In this document: one piece after another, positions 37,050-49,545 of the stretch
How positions within the stretch are numbered: the first letter of the stretch is position 1
How the letters are laid out: the number at the start of each line of letters is the position of its first letter
NCBI RefSeq assembly: GCF_963921235.1
Contig: NC_086118.1
Span: 20,152,001-20,216,000, forward strand
Reading direction: 5' to 3'
DNA length: 64,000 nucleotides
Source: Mobula hypostoma
Lineage: Eukaryota
Notes under the pieces: model-generated
Database searches by the model: none
What the model saw: the letters and a program-made list of their open reading frames with translations, nothing else
Told to the model about the DNA's origin: nothing
Made by a program: the position numbers and the translations under genes

Positions 37050-38952
37050 CATAAGACCATAAAATCATAAGATATAGGAGAAGAATTTGGCCATTTAGCC
37101 CATCAAGTCTGCTTTGCCATTTCATCATGGCTGATTCAATTTTCCTCTTAACCCCAAACTCCCTTCTCCCCATATCACTTAGTGCCCTAACCAATCAAGA
37201 ATTTATCAACCTCTGCCATAAATATAAATAAAGACTTGGCCTCCACAGCTGCCTGTGGCAAAGAACTCCACAAATTCAACACCCTCTGACTAAAGAAATT
37301 CCTCCTTATCTCCATTCTAAAAGGACACCCCTCTATTCTGGGACTGTGTGCTCTGGTCTTAGACTTTCCCACCATAGGAAACATCCTCTCCACATCCACT
37401 CTATCAAGGTTTTCACCATCCAATATGTTTCAATGAGGTCACCCCTCATTCTTCTGAATTCCAGTGAATACAGGCCCAGAGCCATCAGACACTCTTCGTA
37501 TGACAAGTCATTCAATCCTGGAATCATTTTCATGAACCTCCTTTGAACCCTCTCCAGTTTCAGCACATCCTTCCTAAGATAAGGGGCCCAAACCTGCTCA
37601 CAGTACTCCAGGTGAGGCCTCACCAGTGCTTTATAACATTTCACATTACATCCTTGCTTTTATATTCTGGCCCTCTTGAAATGAATGATAACATTGCATT
37701 TGCCTTCCTCACCACAGACTCAACCTGCAAATTAACCTTTAAAAATCCTGCACAAGGATACCCAAGTCCCTTTGTGTCTCAATTTTTTGTATTTTCTCTT
37801 CATTAAGAAAATAGTCAACCCTTTAATTTCTTCTACCAAAATGCATGACCATACATTTCCGGGCACTGTACTCCATATGCCACTTCTTTGCCCATTCTCC
37901 TAATCTGTCTAAGATCTTCTGTAGCCTCTCTAACTTCCTCAAAACTACCTGCCCCTCCAACTGTCTTTGTATCAGCTGCAAACTTTGCAACAAATCCATC
38001 AATTCCATCATCCAAATCATTGACATATAACCTAAAAAGAATCAATCCTAACACACACCCATGTGGAACACCACCAGTCACTAGTAGACAGTCAGAAAGG
38101 CTCCCTTTATTCCCACTCATTGCCTCCTGCCAATCAGCCACCACTTTATCCATGCTAGAATCTTTCCTGTAATACCATCAGCTCGTCGCTTGTTAAGCAG
38201 CCTCATGTGTGGTACCTTGTCAAAGGCCTTCTGGAATCCAAGTACACATCAACCAATTCTCCTTTGTCTATCCTGCCATTACTTCTTCAAAGAATTCCAG
38301 CAGATTTGTCAGGCAAGATTTTCCTTTGAGGAAGCCATGCTGGCTACTGCCTATTTTGTCATGTGCCTTCAAGTACCCTGAGACCTCATCCTTGATAATC
38401 AACTCCAACAGCTACACAAACACTGAGGTCAGACTAACTGGCCTGTAGTTTCCATTCTTCTGATTTTCTCTATTCTTGAAGAGTGGATTGACATTTGAAA
38501 TTTTCCAGTCTTCCAGAACCATTCTAGAATCTAGTGATCCTTGAAAGATCATTACTGATACCTACACAATCTCTTCAGCCACCTTGGGGAATACACCATC
38601 AGGTCCAGGTGATTTACCTACCTTCACACCTTTCGGTTTTCCAAGAACCTTCTCTCTAGTAATGGTAACTTCACCATACTGCTAGTGCCTTCCACATTGA
38701 AGACTGATGCAAAATACTTATCCAGTTTGTCCACCATTTCTTTGTCCTCCATTGCTATTTCTCCAGCATCGTTTTCCAACAGTCTTGTATCCACTCTCAC
38801 CTCTCTTTTACACTTAATGTATCTGAAGAAATTTTTGGTATCCACTTTAATATTATTGGCTAGCTTACCTTCGTATTCCAACTTTACCTTCTTAACGACA
38901 CTTTTAGTTGCCTACTGTTGGTTTTTAATAGCTTCCCAATCCTCGAATTTCC
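37050..38952 (-). mobile_element. Decayed CR1 LINE
   Basis: ORFs 37187-37423, 37333-37644 (LVRPHLEYCEQVWAPY), 37833-38153 (KFAADTK), 38624-38881. Confidence 0.92.
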
Positions 38953-41181
38953 GGTAATGTATGGATCTATTTCTTTTAGAGCCATGATCACCACCCTCCC
39001 CCACCCCGCAGCATTATTAGTCTGTTGACTGAGCACATGCTGTTGTCTATGCATGCGCTTTGTTTTCTCTCTCTCTCTCTCTCTCTCTGCAAGGTGAATA
39101 CACCAGTTAAAGCCATCTCTTGAGTGTGTGCTTCTATTTTGTTCTGAATACCAACCTGAAGGTCAGAAAATATCATGAACTGCACTGACAGTTGCAGAAC
39201 AAAACAGCGAGAGTTAAACAGCATGAGAAAGCTGTCACGGACACTAACAAAGTCGTGAGTACAGCACAGTACACAGTGAAAGACGCACTGAATTAAAAGT
39301 AAAAATAACGTGACAAAGGTTTTGGTCAGGAAAGTTGACAAATTTGATGGTGCTAATGAAGGCTGGGAGTCGTATATCAAAAGGGTGGAACTGTATTGTA
39401 ACATGAAAAATGTGGAGGAGCAAAAGAAAGCCCCTACGTTTCTTAGCTTAATGGGTACAAGAATGTACAATCTCTTATGCAACTTAGTAACTCCTGCAAA
39501 GCAAGCAAGCTAAATGTTTGATAAAGTTGTGACAATTTTACAAAATCATTTGAGTCCTAAACCACTGATAATAGCTGGGAGGTTTAGATTTTACAAAAGG
39601 AACCAGTCAAAGGATGAAAACATTGCAAAACTGCGTAAATTTTCCAGTACTGTGTAATTAGAGATGGACTTTCTGATGCATTAAGGTACAGGCTTGCATG
39701 TGGCATGCATAATCAAAGCACTCAAATGAGACCTAACTTTAGAATGGGCATTGGTCATTGCAATATCATTAGAAACTGTGGCAAAGGAAGCAGCAGAACT
39801 ACAGAAAAAGGGTTTAGAAAGTGAAATGCACAATATGTCCCTGAATGGAGCAAAAACCCAAAAATGCTATCGATGTGGCAAATCCTCCTATGATGCAAAT
39901 GTCTGTCGGTTCAAAGAAAAAGTTTGCAGAAAGTGTCACAGACAAGGTCACATAGAGAGAGTGTTCAAGGCAGATAAAAAACACTACAAAGAGAAAAACC
40001 ACACCAAGTGAGGAGTTTCACACACAAAACTAAGCAAATGCATAAAGTGAGCGAATGTGAAACAGACAATATGGAGTCTGACGAAGGTGAACTGTCATGC
40101 CTAGATGTGTCTGGTGTAAAACTGAGAATGGAACTGAACACCAGCTCAGCTTTCACTATAATTTCAGAGGCTGACTACAACACACTGTTTTTTAAGATAC
40201 CGTTAGAGAAGACCTCAGTGATGTTAAAGACCTACACAGGTGAAAAAGTGTCTCACAAAGGCAAATTGAAGGTAAATGTGGCATATGGAGGCCAAACACA
40301 GTGGATAGAGCTTTAAGCATTGAAATGTGGAGGGCCAGCACTTTTTGGATGGGAATGGTTGAGAAAAATCCAACTAGACTGGCACTCACTCAAAGCTCTC
40401 AGTGTGACATCAAGAGGGCAACTGCATCCCAAATGGTAGCACTAACCAGAGGCTGTCACAGCTACTTATGCTAACCAGAAGGTGTTTGAGATGGGAATAG
40501 ATAAACAGATCGAAGACTTAGCCAAAAGCTGTTTCAGATGCCAAAAAGTTCAAAATGCACCCCCACAGACACTGCTGCACCCTTGGAAGTGACCATCATC
40601 ACCATGGCAAAGGGTACATACTCACCTGCTGGGCCATTCATGGACTCCATGTTCTCGATTGCTGTGGATGCTCATTCGAAGTGGCTGGAGGTTATACCAA
40701 TGAAGTCGACCACCTCAGCAAAGACTGTCTCCACTCTGAGGACTATTTTCCCTAGAGACGGCTTACCAGAACAAATTTTCAGTGACAACGGACCACAATA
40801 CAAATCAGAAGAATTCCAATTGTTTGTGAAGAAAAATGGCATCAGGCATTTCAAGTCAGCTCCTCACCACCCAGCACCAAATGGACTAGCTGAAAGGTTT
40901 ATCTAAACCTTCAAAAAGTCCATTAAAGCAATGGATAAGGAGGACATTTCTCTACAGCACAAGCTGGACAACTCCTCCTTGTGTAGCGGAACTCTGTTCA
41001 TGCAAAAACAAATCAAACACCCGCAATGTTGTTCATGAACAGGAATCTAAGATTTCACATAGACCTCCTGAAACCAGATCTACGAAGGGAAGTACAGAAT
41101 AAACAGTCCAGCCAGTTGCCAAGTGAAGCAGCAAGGAGCTTCGAGATTGGACAGCAAGTCTTAGCATGTGATTACCAAGAA

Positions 41182-42110
41182 GTCATAGTCATAGTCATAG
41201 TCATACTTTATTAATCCCGGGGGAAATTGGTTTTCGTTACAGTCACTCCATAAATAATAAATAGTAATAGAACCATAAATAGTTAAATAGTAATATGTAA
41301 ACTATGCCAGCAAATTATGAAATAAGTCCAGGACCAGCCTATTGGCTCAGGGTGTCTGACCCCCCCAAGGGAGGAGTTGTAAAGTTTGATGGCCGCAGGC
41401 AGGAATGACTTCCTATGACACTCTGTGTTGCATCTCGGTGGAATGAGTCTTTGGCTGAATGTACTCCTGTGCCCACCCAGTACATTATGTAGTGGATGGG
41501 AGACATTGACCAAGATGGCATACAACTTAGACGCATCCTCTTTTCAGACCCCACCGTCAGAGAGTCCAGTTCCATCCTCACTATATCACTGGCCTTACGA
41601 ATCAGTTTGTTGATTCTGTTGGTGTCTGCCACCCTCAGCCTGCTACCCCAGCACACAACAGCAAACATGATAGCACTGGCCACCACAGACTCGTCCGGCA
41701 GATGTTAAAGGACCTCAGTCTCCTCAGAAAATAGAGACGGCTCTGACTCTTCTTGTAGACAGCCTCAGTGTTCTTTGACCAGTCCAGTTTATTGTCAATT
41801 CGTATCCCCAGGTATTTGTAATCCTCCACCATGTCCACACTGACCCCCTGGATGGAAACAGGGGTCACCGGTACCTTAGCTCTCCTCAGGTCTACCATGT
41901 GAAAAAAGACTCTTTTCACATTAAGCTGCAGATAATTCTGCTCACACCATGTGACAAAGTTTCCTACCGTAGCCCTGTACTCAGCCTCATCTCCCTTGCT
42001 GATGCATCCAACTATGGCAGAGTCATCAGAAAACTTCTGAAGATGACAAGACTCTGTGCAGTAGTTGAAGTCCGAGGTGTAAATGGTGAAGAGAAAGTGA
42101 GACAAGACAG
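41182..42110 (-). mobile_element. Rex1 LINE 3' fragment inserted in the Gypsy integrase region
   Basis: (gtcata)x4 tail at ~41182-41205; ORF 41635-42117 (LQKFSDDSAIVGCI..SRLYFLRRLRSF). Confidence 0.92.
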
Positions 42111-42339
42111 TGGACACCCGGTAGGTTACCTACAAGAACTGGACCACTGATGGACACAGTGGATGTTGGAGATCAGACATGGAGAAATCATATGGATCAA
42201 ATATTGGATGCGCAACCAAAGCACACTCCTTAGTTGATTGCATCCAACAGGATGGGCACATTACAGTCACCAGACTTACCTCTCAGTGATGCTGTCACTG
42301 ACAGCAACGTGACACTGGAAACCTAGAACGTTGTCCTGG

Positions 42340-42452
42340 ACAAGACACCTACCAAAGCTGATGTCACACCACAGGTCCAGACGTGTGAGGAGAATGTTAT
42401 CATTGACAAGACACCTACCAAAGCTGATGTCACACCACAGGTCCAGAGGTGC
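42340..42452 (+). repeat. Tandem duplication (~66-bp period)
   Basis: gacaagacacctaccaaagctgatgtcacaccacaggtccaga occurs twice. Confidence 0.85.
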
Positions 42453-42510
42453 CAACCAAAGGACTGAACCTTTAAAACTGTGAAGTTGTTATGGACTGTT
42501 ATTGTGAAAG

Positions 42511-42800
42511 TGTGGCGACCCACCTTCTACGCAGGCGAACCGGCTCACAAAATGGTGGGCGTGTCGGCAGAGAGGCCAGCCCCAAAATGGCGCTGCGCCT
42601 TCTTCTTCACCAGCAAGGGGAGAAAACCCGCGCGCAGGAAGGGACTTCTGTAATGCACCTCTGACGTCATTTCCGCCCGGAGAGGGCAGGAACGGAACTG
42701 CGTAAAAACCAGCGCCACAAAGTTTGAATAAACTAGTCTTGAGTGCAACTTACAGACTGCATGTCGTTATTTCTAGCTCTGTGTGTAGCACATCCCTACA
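42511..42800 (+). mobile_element. CpG-rich solo LTR (290 bp)
   Basis: TGTGG..CTACA termini; 4-bp TSD aaag at 42507-42510 and 42801-42804; AATAAA near 42727. Confidence 0.85.
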
Positions 42801-43332
42801 AAAGCATGCTTATTTGGAATATGGGTTTATGAAAGTGGAATTGAGTGTTTTGTACATATACAGTTTTATGACGCATTAATGTAAAGGGGGAGGAAGTATA
42901 ATGTATGGAGCTATTTCTTTTAGAGCAGGAACCCTCCCCCTTAGCGTTATGTATTGATCTGTTGTCTGTGCATGCACTGTTGTCTACATATGCACATTGT
43001 TCCCTCTCTCTCTCCCTCCCTCCCTCGCTCTCTCTCACTGCAACGTGAATGCCCCTGTTAAAGCACTGGAGAAAAGGAGATGAGCCACCCTGACATTTTT
43101 GACAAAACTTGTCTCTCAAACAACACCATAAAAATGAGGCCCTGTGTAACAAAAGTGTAGTTCAGAGGGACATTATTAGATTTGAAGGTCTGTGGGATGG
43201 TGTTCGGCTGTGAAAGGTGCAACACAAACACACATTATTTCCTTTACATCTTGGAGCTTATGAATGGTAATGAAATAATTGGTCTGGCAGCTCCTAATAT
43301 TTCATGGAAGTCTACAACTTTGATACCCTTCA

Positions 43333-43430
43333 CAACACACAAAATGCTGGAGGAACTCAGCAGATTAGGCAGCAACTATGGAAATGAATAAACCGTTGAC
43401 GTTTTGGGCCAAGAACCTTCTTCAGGACTG
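43333..43430 (-). mobile_element. Short Penelope terminal-repeat insertion beginning at a hammerhead motif
   Basis: Minus strand reads cagtc-ctgaaga-aggttcttggccc-aaaac-gtc..cctccagcattttgtgtgttg. Confidence 0.8.
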
Positions 43431-44654
43431 AGATCCTTTATCAGGATTTGCATCTTTCGCTTGAAGAACAACAAATAAGCACAAGTTATCTGAAAAAATC
43501 AAAGTTTAATTAAATTATGCATTAACCCAAAATTAAACCGAAAATTACAGTGGTCCTCGCACATATTGTCAATGAATCAAAAATACTACAGATTCTGTAA
43601 AACCTCAGCTTCAAACTGTGAAATGTAAAACGATTCAGATGGAGAACAAAATGCAGTGGGAACAGAAATGATAAAATATTCATTAATACAGTAGCAACAT
43701 GAACAGCAGCTTGTGTTAATGGAGCACTTCTGATGCAGTAAAATGTCCCAAAGTATTTTGCAAGTGCCTAGTGAAGCAAAATTTGGCACAGCTGCATAAG
43801 GGTAAATCACCAGAAGTCAGGTCAGAGGATTATAAATTTTGGGATTACCTTATAGAGAGGATGAGAGATGATTGAAGTATTAAGGAGGGAACACAGGGCC
43901 TTGATAGTAAAGGGGATGACCATCAAGTTAGGAGCAACTAAAATTTGGGATGTGCCAAAGATCATAATTTAAGAAGTGTAGATGCCATAGAGGGTTGAAG
44001 AATTGAGTAATTTTCAGATAATGAGAAGGAAAAGGCCATGAAAATTCTCTTCAGTTTTCAATGTTCAGGTTTGCTTATCTGTGAGCTGATGCAGTCCGGT
44101 AAGCACGAGCAAATGGAAGAAAGAGAAGGTGCGGTTGGGGTATAGGCGACTGAACTTTGGCCAAGAACACATTTGCATAGAATGAAAAGAGGGAGTGATC
44201 TGGAATTGTTAAGCCCAGGCATAGCCATGCCAGCATGACAGATAACCTGAGGTAAGAATGGTGTAAGGAAAAATCACAAGAATGAGAGGAGGGTTTCCTA
44301 CTAATACCAGCAATACATGCTCCGAAGTTTCTCAGGTTAAATATCTCAACAAGATTCTGAAGTGACCAATTCAATACATGCAATATGGTTGCAGGGGGAG
44401 GGTTGACTAAAGAAAACATTTTGTGAAAGGAATTGAAGAGAATGGTATTGATCATCCACTTTTACTTGTCGGACATTCCTTGCTGTTTAGTATCTGACAA
44501 AAAAAATCTAACAACTTGAAGGCAGTGGAGCACCTCGGAGAAGGGGCAGTGCAGTAATATGGGTAAGATGTCATTTACATGAGATGATTATGCTAAAAAA
44601 CATCCTATAAATAAAATTAAAGGAAGTCTGGTATAAAGACAATACAATATTATA

Positions 44655-44789
44655 AACACAAGAAAATCTGCAGCTGCTGGAAATCCAAAACAACACACAC
44701 AGAATGCTGGAGGAACTCAGCAGGTCAGGCAGAATCATTGCAAATGAATAAACAGACAACGTTTCATGCTGAGATCCTTCATCAGGACT
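44655..44789 (-). mobile_element. Short Penelope terminal-repeat insertion beginning at hammerhead stem I
   Basis: 15-bp TSD caatacaa(t/c)attata at 44640-44654 and 44790-44804; element starts agtcctgatgaagg on the minus strand. Confidence 0.88.
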
Positions 44790-45254
44790 CAATACAACAT
44801 TATATCTTGTAGATTACTTATTTCTGCTGTGGCTATTATATTAGTAACATAATTTTTTTATACACATGCTATTTAATAATTCCTTGTATGTCCAGTACAA
44901 AGTTCCCCTGCTACATAGTGTTGCAGTGAACAAGCACATAGTGGAAAGAGCACAAAGGACACAATAGAATATATAGTATCTATATCAATGCCTGCAGAGT
45001 AATTAATAAGTTTAGCGGCCTGTAGGCACAATTACCACACAGGATGCGATGTGGATGCATTAACAAAGATGCACTTAAACAAGACCCAGCATGTTTCTCA
45101 ATTATTCTAGTTACGAAGCTCTTGAGAAAGGTGGAGAAAGAAATGAAGTAAGGGGGTGGTACTATTGATTAATGATTTTGATTTTATTCTAAATATACAG
45201 TACAGTCTAGGATATAACTAATGCTTCTATGATTTTGTATAGGATAAGCATGAC

Positions 45255-45590
45255 TGTGGCTATATTTCATTAGGAGTTTGAGGAGATTTGGTATGCCACC
45301 AAAGATACTTGCAAACTTCTACAAATGTACCGTGGACAGCATTCTAACTGGCAACATCATCGTCTGGTATGGAGGGGCTCCTGCACAAGATCAAAATAAG
45401 TTGCAGAGAGTTATAAATTTAGTCCGCTCCGTCATGGGCACAAGCCTCCATAGTATTCAGGATATCTTCAAGGAGCATCCATCATTAAGGACCCCCAACA
45501 CTTAGGTCATGTCTTCTTCTCTTTGCTATCATCAGGAAGGAGGTGCATGAGCCTGAAGGCACACACTCAAAGATGCAGTAACAGCTTCTG
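45255..45590 (+). mobile_element. Rex1/Babar fragment
   Basis: ORF 45278-45505 (RRFGMPPKILANFYKCTVDSILTG). Confidence 0.85.
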
Positions 45591-45879
45591 TAGAAAAACT
45601 TGCCAAGAACAATCATAGTCATGGAAAGACTATGATCACCCATGACCTACAACACGGTATATAACGAATGAACGATAACAGGAACAATTTCAGTCAACAA
45701 GTTCCAACAAGGAAGGGCGAAGTGTTGGATATAGTTCAAGAATATGCAATAGGGAAACTGTTACAGGAATGGATTATCAAACCATCAGTTACCACAATAA
45801 AATTCAGTTTAGAGCAATTATGGAAAGATACCAGAAGATATCTACAACAAGGAAGGCGGAGCTTAGGAAGGTTAATGGC

Positions 45880-46670
45880 ACCTAACAGCAACTCCTTTGT
45901 TTACATCTTCAGAAACAGCTCCATTTCCAGCTTTAATATCTCTATTTTTCCCTTTCAGGGTTCTTTTGAAGACCCTGACCTGGAGTTACAAGTTGACTAC
46001 GATTCCTTGCAGGAACGCAACCTGCTCTCGGGGTTTCACAACCAACCGTTGCTGTTTGGCACGCCAAAGGCTCGGCCTAAGAGTCTGGCTCGGATTCGGA
46101 AGCATGGGATCTCCGGGCTCTGGAAATGGGCAGATCGAGGGTCGGTGCCATGACAGGAGACCCGTGTGTTGTTGGGGGAGTCGGAATATGGGCAGTTGTG
46201 TGCCCAGTTTTTTGGGTACAGAGCTCGAAAAAAGCGACGTGGTGGACTTTTAACATCGTAAACCAGCAAGTTGTCTGTTATGTCGCCCCACTCGCTGGGA
46301 AAATGGAGACACCTCTTTCTCCCTTATTAGGGAGAGAGAGAACCTGTGGTATGTTGACTGCTGGGTAAAATGCGAAGTCTTTGGGGTAAATGCAAGTCTG
46401 AGTCTTTGCTATTGCTTTGCTCAAGTTTGAGTGCTCGGTGACGGTGCCAATGCTTTTTTTTGCTGGTGGGGGGAGCGGGGAATGGTTGCTCGCTGCCGCT
46501 TACACGCGGGAGGGAGGGAAGCTGGGAGGGACTTTGGGGTTCTAACATTTAACTGGCGTTCATTGTTTGAGGCACTCCTCTGTTTTCGTGGGTGGTTGTG
46601 AAGGAAAAGCATTTCAGAATGTATATTGTATACATTTCTCTGACATTAAATTGCACCTTTGAATCTTTGA
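45880..46670 (+). mobile_element. CpG-rich non-coding retroposon with Rex-type 3' tail
   Basis: Ends atttcagaatgtatattgtatacatttctctgacattaaa..ctttgaatctttga, like the Rex tail near 25470-25535; 5' boundary uncertain. Confidence 0.5.
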
Positions 46671-47639
46671 ATAAAAATGCTTCAATGGAAAATAGATAAT
46701 TCTATAATTTAAGATGGAATTCAGCACTATTAGATTAGAAAAGATAATTGCAGAGTATGGCAGGTAATGATGCAATGGTAGACATTCGGGCAAAAGATGA
46801 GTAGAAAACAGGCATTTTTTTTAAAGTGTGTAACATCCATAGTTACTGGGCCATGAATGAAAAATGGAAATAAAATCCAAAACAAACTAGGAAAAAACAT
46901 ATTTATACAAGTGTCCAGAATGACTTCCAATTAATAACTGGGTCATTTATGGGAAGTACAGTGGAGAGCTGAAAAACGTAATATTGGGATTTAGATGATG
47001 TTTATAAGAAAGGATTAGCAGACAACTTAATTGAACATTAAAGCATTTCATAAGTATGTGGTTAGTTAGGTAACAAAAAGTGGGCTTGCTGGGGGCTCTC
47101 CACGAACTCTTGAATCATATGCCAGAGGCTAAATATGGCCAAATGCATGCACTGCATCAGCTACTGAAGTGCCTCTGATATTCCATTACATGTGAGGTCT
47201 AAGACATTGTGCACGGTAAAAGATTCCCTGTCTTCAGAATTCATTGCCATTGTGGAGACTACGGAGGAAGCGATTCAGAGAAGGGGGAGTGTTTCACAGG
47301 ATCAGGAGAAAGGTTCACAGAAGGTAGCAGTGAAGATAAGAAACAGAACTGTAAGAATAATTGGGAATTCACCAAAAACATCAACAGCAAGTTGGAACAG
47401 GTTTTGAGGTTACAACTGACAATCAACAACCAGAAAAGTCAAGAGCAGAAGGAAAGTGCACACCTCAGACTTCCAAGCAAAGTACTGCAGAGATGCTCAA
47501 CAAATGCTGAAGTATCTTCCAGTCCTTTAGTTAAGAACTAATTTGTTGTTTGAAGGCTACAACACACCTGTGAGCTACAAGTCCACCTCAGGGTGTTCTA
47601 CAAGTGTTATCAGAAGCACCTTGTATGTTGCCACCCACA

Positions 47640-49545
47640 TAGATGGAACAACATATGTTACAGCCACATAGGGGCAAGATTAGGTCCATTGAGTCTGTCC
47701 GTCATTCCATCATGGCTGATTTATTAACCCTCTCAACCCCATTCTCTTTCCTTCTCCACATAACATTTGATGCTCTGACTGATCAAGGACGTTTCTCCTC
47801 CAGCTTAAATACACTCAATGCTTTGGCCTCCCCAGCCATCTGTGGCAAAAATATTCCACAGGTTCACCACACTCTGGTTAAAGAAATTCCTCCTCACCTC
47901 CATTCTAAAAGGATATTCTTCTATTCTGAGGCTGCACCCCCCTTAAGGAAACTATGCTGACCTTGGCCTACTTTATCATGTAATTTTCCAGCAGTCCAAG
48001 TACCCTGAAACCACATCCTCAATAATGGATTCGAACATCTGAACCACTGAAATCAGGTGAATGGCCTATAATTTCATTTCTCCTACCTCTCTGCCTTCTG
48101 AAAGACTGGCGTGACATTTGCAATTTTCCCAATCCTCTGGAACCATTCCAGAATCTATTGATTCTTGAAAGATCATTACTAATGCCTCCACAATCTCTTC
48201 AGCTATCCCTTTCAGAACCTGGGGCGTATTCTATCTGACCCAGGTGACTTACCTACCTTTAGACATTTCCACTTCCCAAGAACCTGCTTCTTAGAAATCA
48301 GAAATCAGAAATCAGAATCAGAATCAGGTTTATTTTCACTGGCATGTGTCATGAAACTTGGTAACTTAGCAGCAGCAGTTCCATGCAATACATAATATAG
48401 AATAATAATAATAATAATAATAATTAAGTAAATCAACTACAGTATATATATATTGAATAGATTAAAAATTGTGCAAAAAACAGAATATATATTAAAAAAG
48501 TGAGGTAGTGTTCACAGGTTAAAAGTCCATTTAGGAATCGGACGGCAGAGGGGAAGAAGCTGTTTCTGAATCGCTGAGTGTGTGCCTTCAGGCTTCTGTA
48601 CCCCCTACCTGATTGTAGCAGTGAGAAAAGGACATGCCCTGAGTGCTGGGGGTCCTTAATGATGGACACTGCCTTTCTGAGACACCACTCCCTAAAGACG
48701 TCCTGGGCACTTTGTAGGCTAGTATCCAAGATGGAGCCGACTAGACTTACAACTTACTGCAGCTTCTTTCAGTCCTGTGCAGAAGCACCCCACCCTCCCC
48801 CCATACCAGACCGTGATGCAGCTTGTCAGAATGCTCTCCACGGTATATCTATAGAAATTTAGCAACTACACTCACTTCTGCCCACTGACATCCTCAAATT
48901 TCTACCATACTGCTGGTGTCTTCCACTGTGAAGACTGACACAAAATACTTATTAAATTCATCTGTCATTTCTTTGTCTCCCATTACGACCTCTCCAGCGT
49001 AATATCCGGCATAGTATACACTCTCTCCTCTCTTCTACTCTTTATATATCTGGAAAAAAACCCTTTTGGCATCCTCTTTGATATTATTAGCTAGCTTACC
49101 TTCATATTTCATCTTTACTCTCCATTTTTTTTTAGTTTCCTTCTAGTGGTATTTAAAAGTTTTCCAATCCCCTAATTCCCACTAATTTTTGTTCTGTTAT
49201 ACGCTCTCTCTTTTACTTTTATGTTGTCTTTGACTTCCCTTGTCAGCAACAATTAGCTCCCCCTCCCTTTTAAATATTTCTTCATCTTTGGGGTGGACAG
49301 CCACCCAACCCTTCCCACTCTGCCTACCTGCCCGTCCTATTGATACAATATATACGCTTGGATGTTCAGCTCCCAGCTATGATCTTCGTCCAGCCACTAC
49401 TCAGTAATGCCCACAAAGTCATACCTGCTAATCTCTAACTGCAGTACAAGATCATCTACATTATTCCATATGGTGCATGCAACCAAATATAACACCTTCG
49501 GTCCTGCATTCATCACCCATTTTGATTTCCCCTCCATGTTACCAT
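47640..49545 (-). mobile_element. Multiply deleted CR1, interrupted by a minus-strand Rex fragment (~48292-48860)
   Basis: CR1 EN-like ORF 49397-49579 (YDFVGITE); Rex ORF 48433-48729 (SLKAHTQRFRNSFFPSAVR) with (agaatc)n tail and (aat)n. Confidence 0.8.

Larger units (their letters stand above)
38953..43065 (+). mobile_element. Decayed Gypsy (Mag-like) LTR retrotransposon, RT/RNase H apparently deleted
   Basis: Related LTRs ~38953-39155 and ~42897-43065; PPT aaagggggaggaag ~42884-42896; gag 39310-39513; zinc knuckle CYRCGK..CRKCHRQGH; protease-like MELNTSS; integrase 40538-40906 (SDNGPQY..NGLAERF). Confidence 0.9.

Noticed and set aside
42340..42452. Repeat-spacer-repeat pattern resembling CRISPR
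   Set aside because: Only two copies, inside a Gypsy element in eukaryotic DNA, no cas genes; a simple tandem duplication.
45668..46153. 161-aa ORF
   Set aside because: Spans AT-rich DNA and a retroposon body; no recognisable domain.
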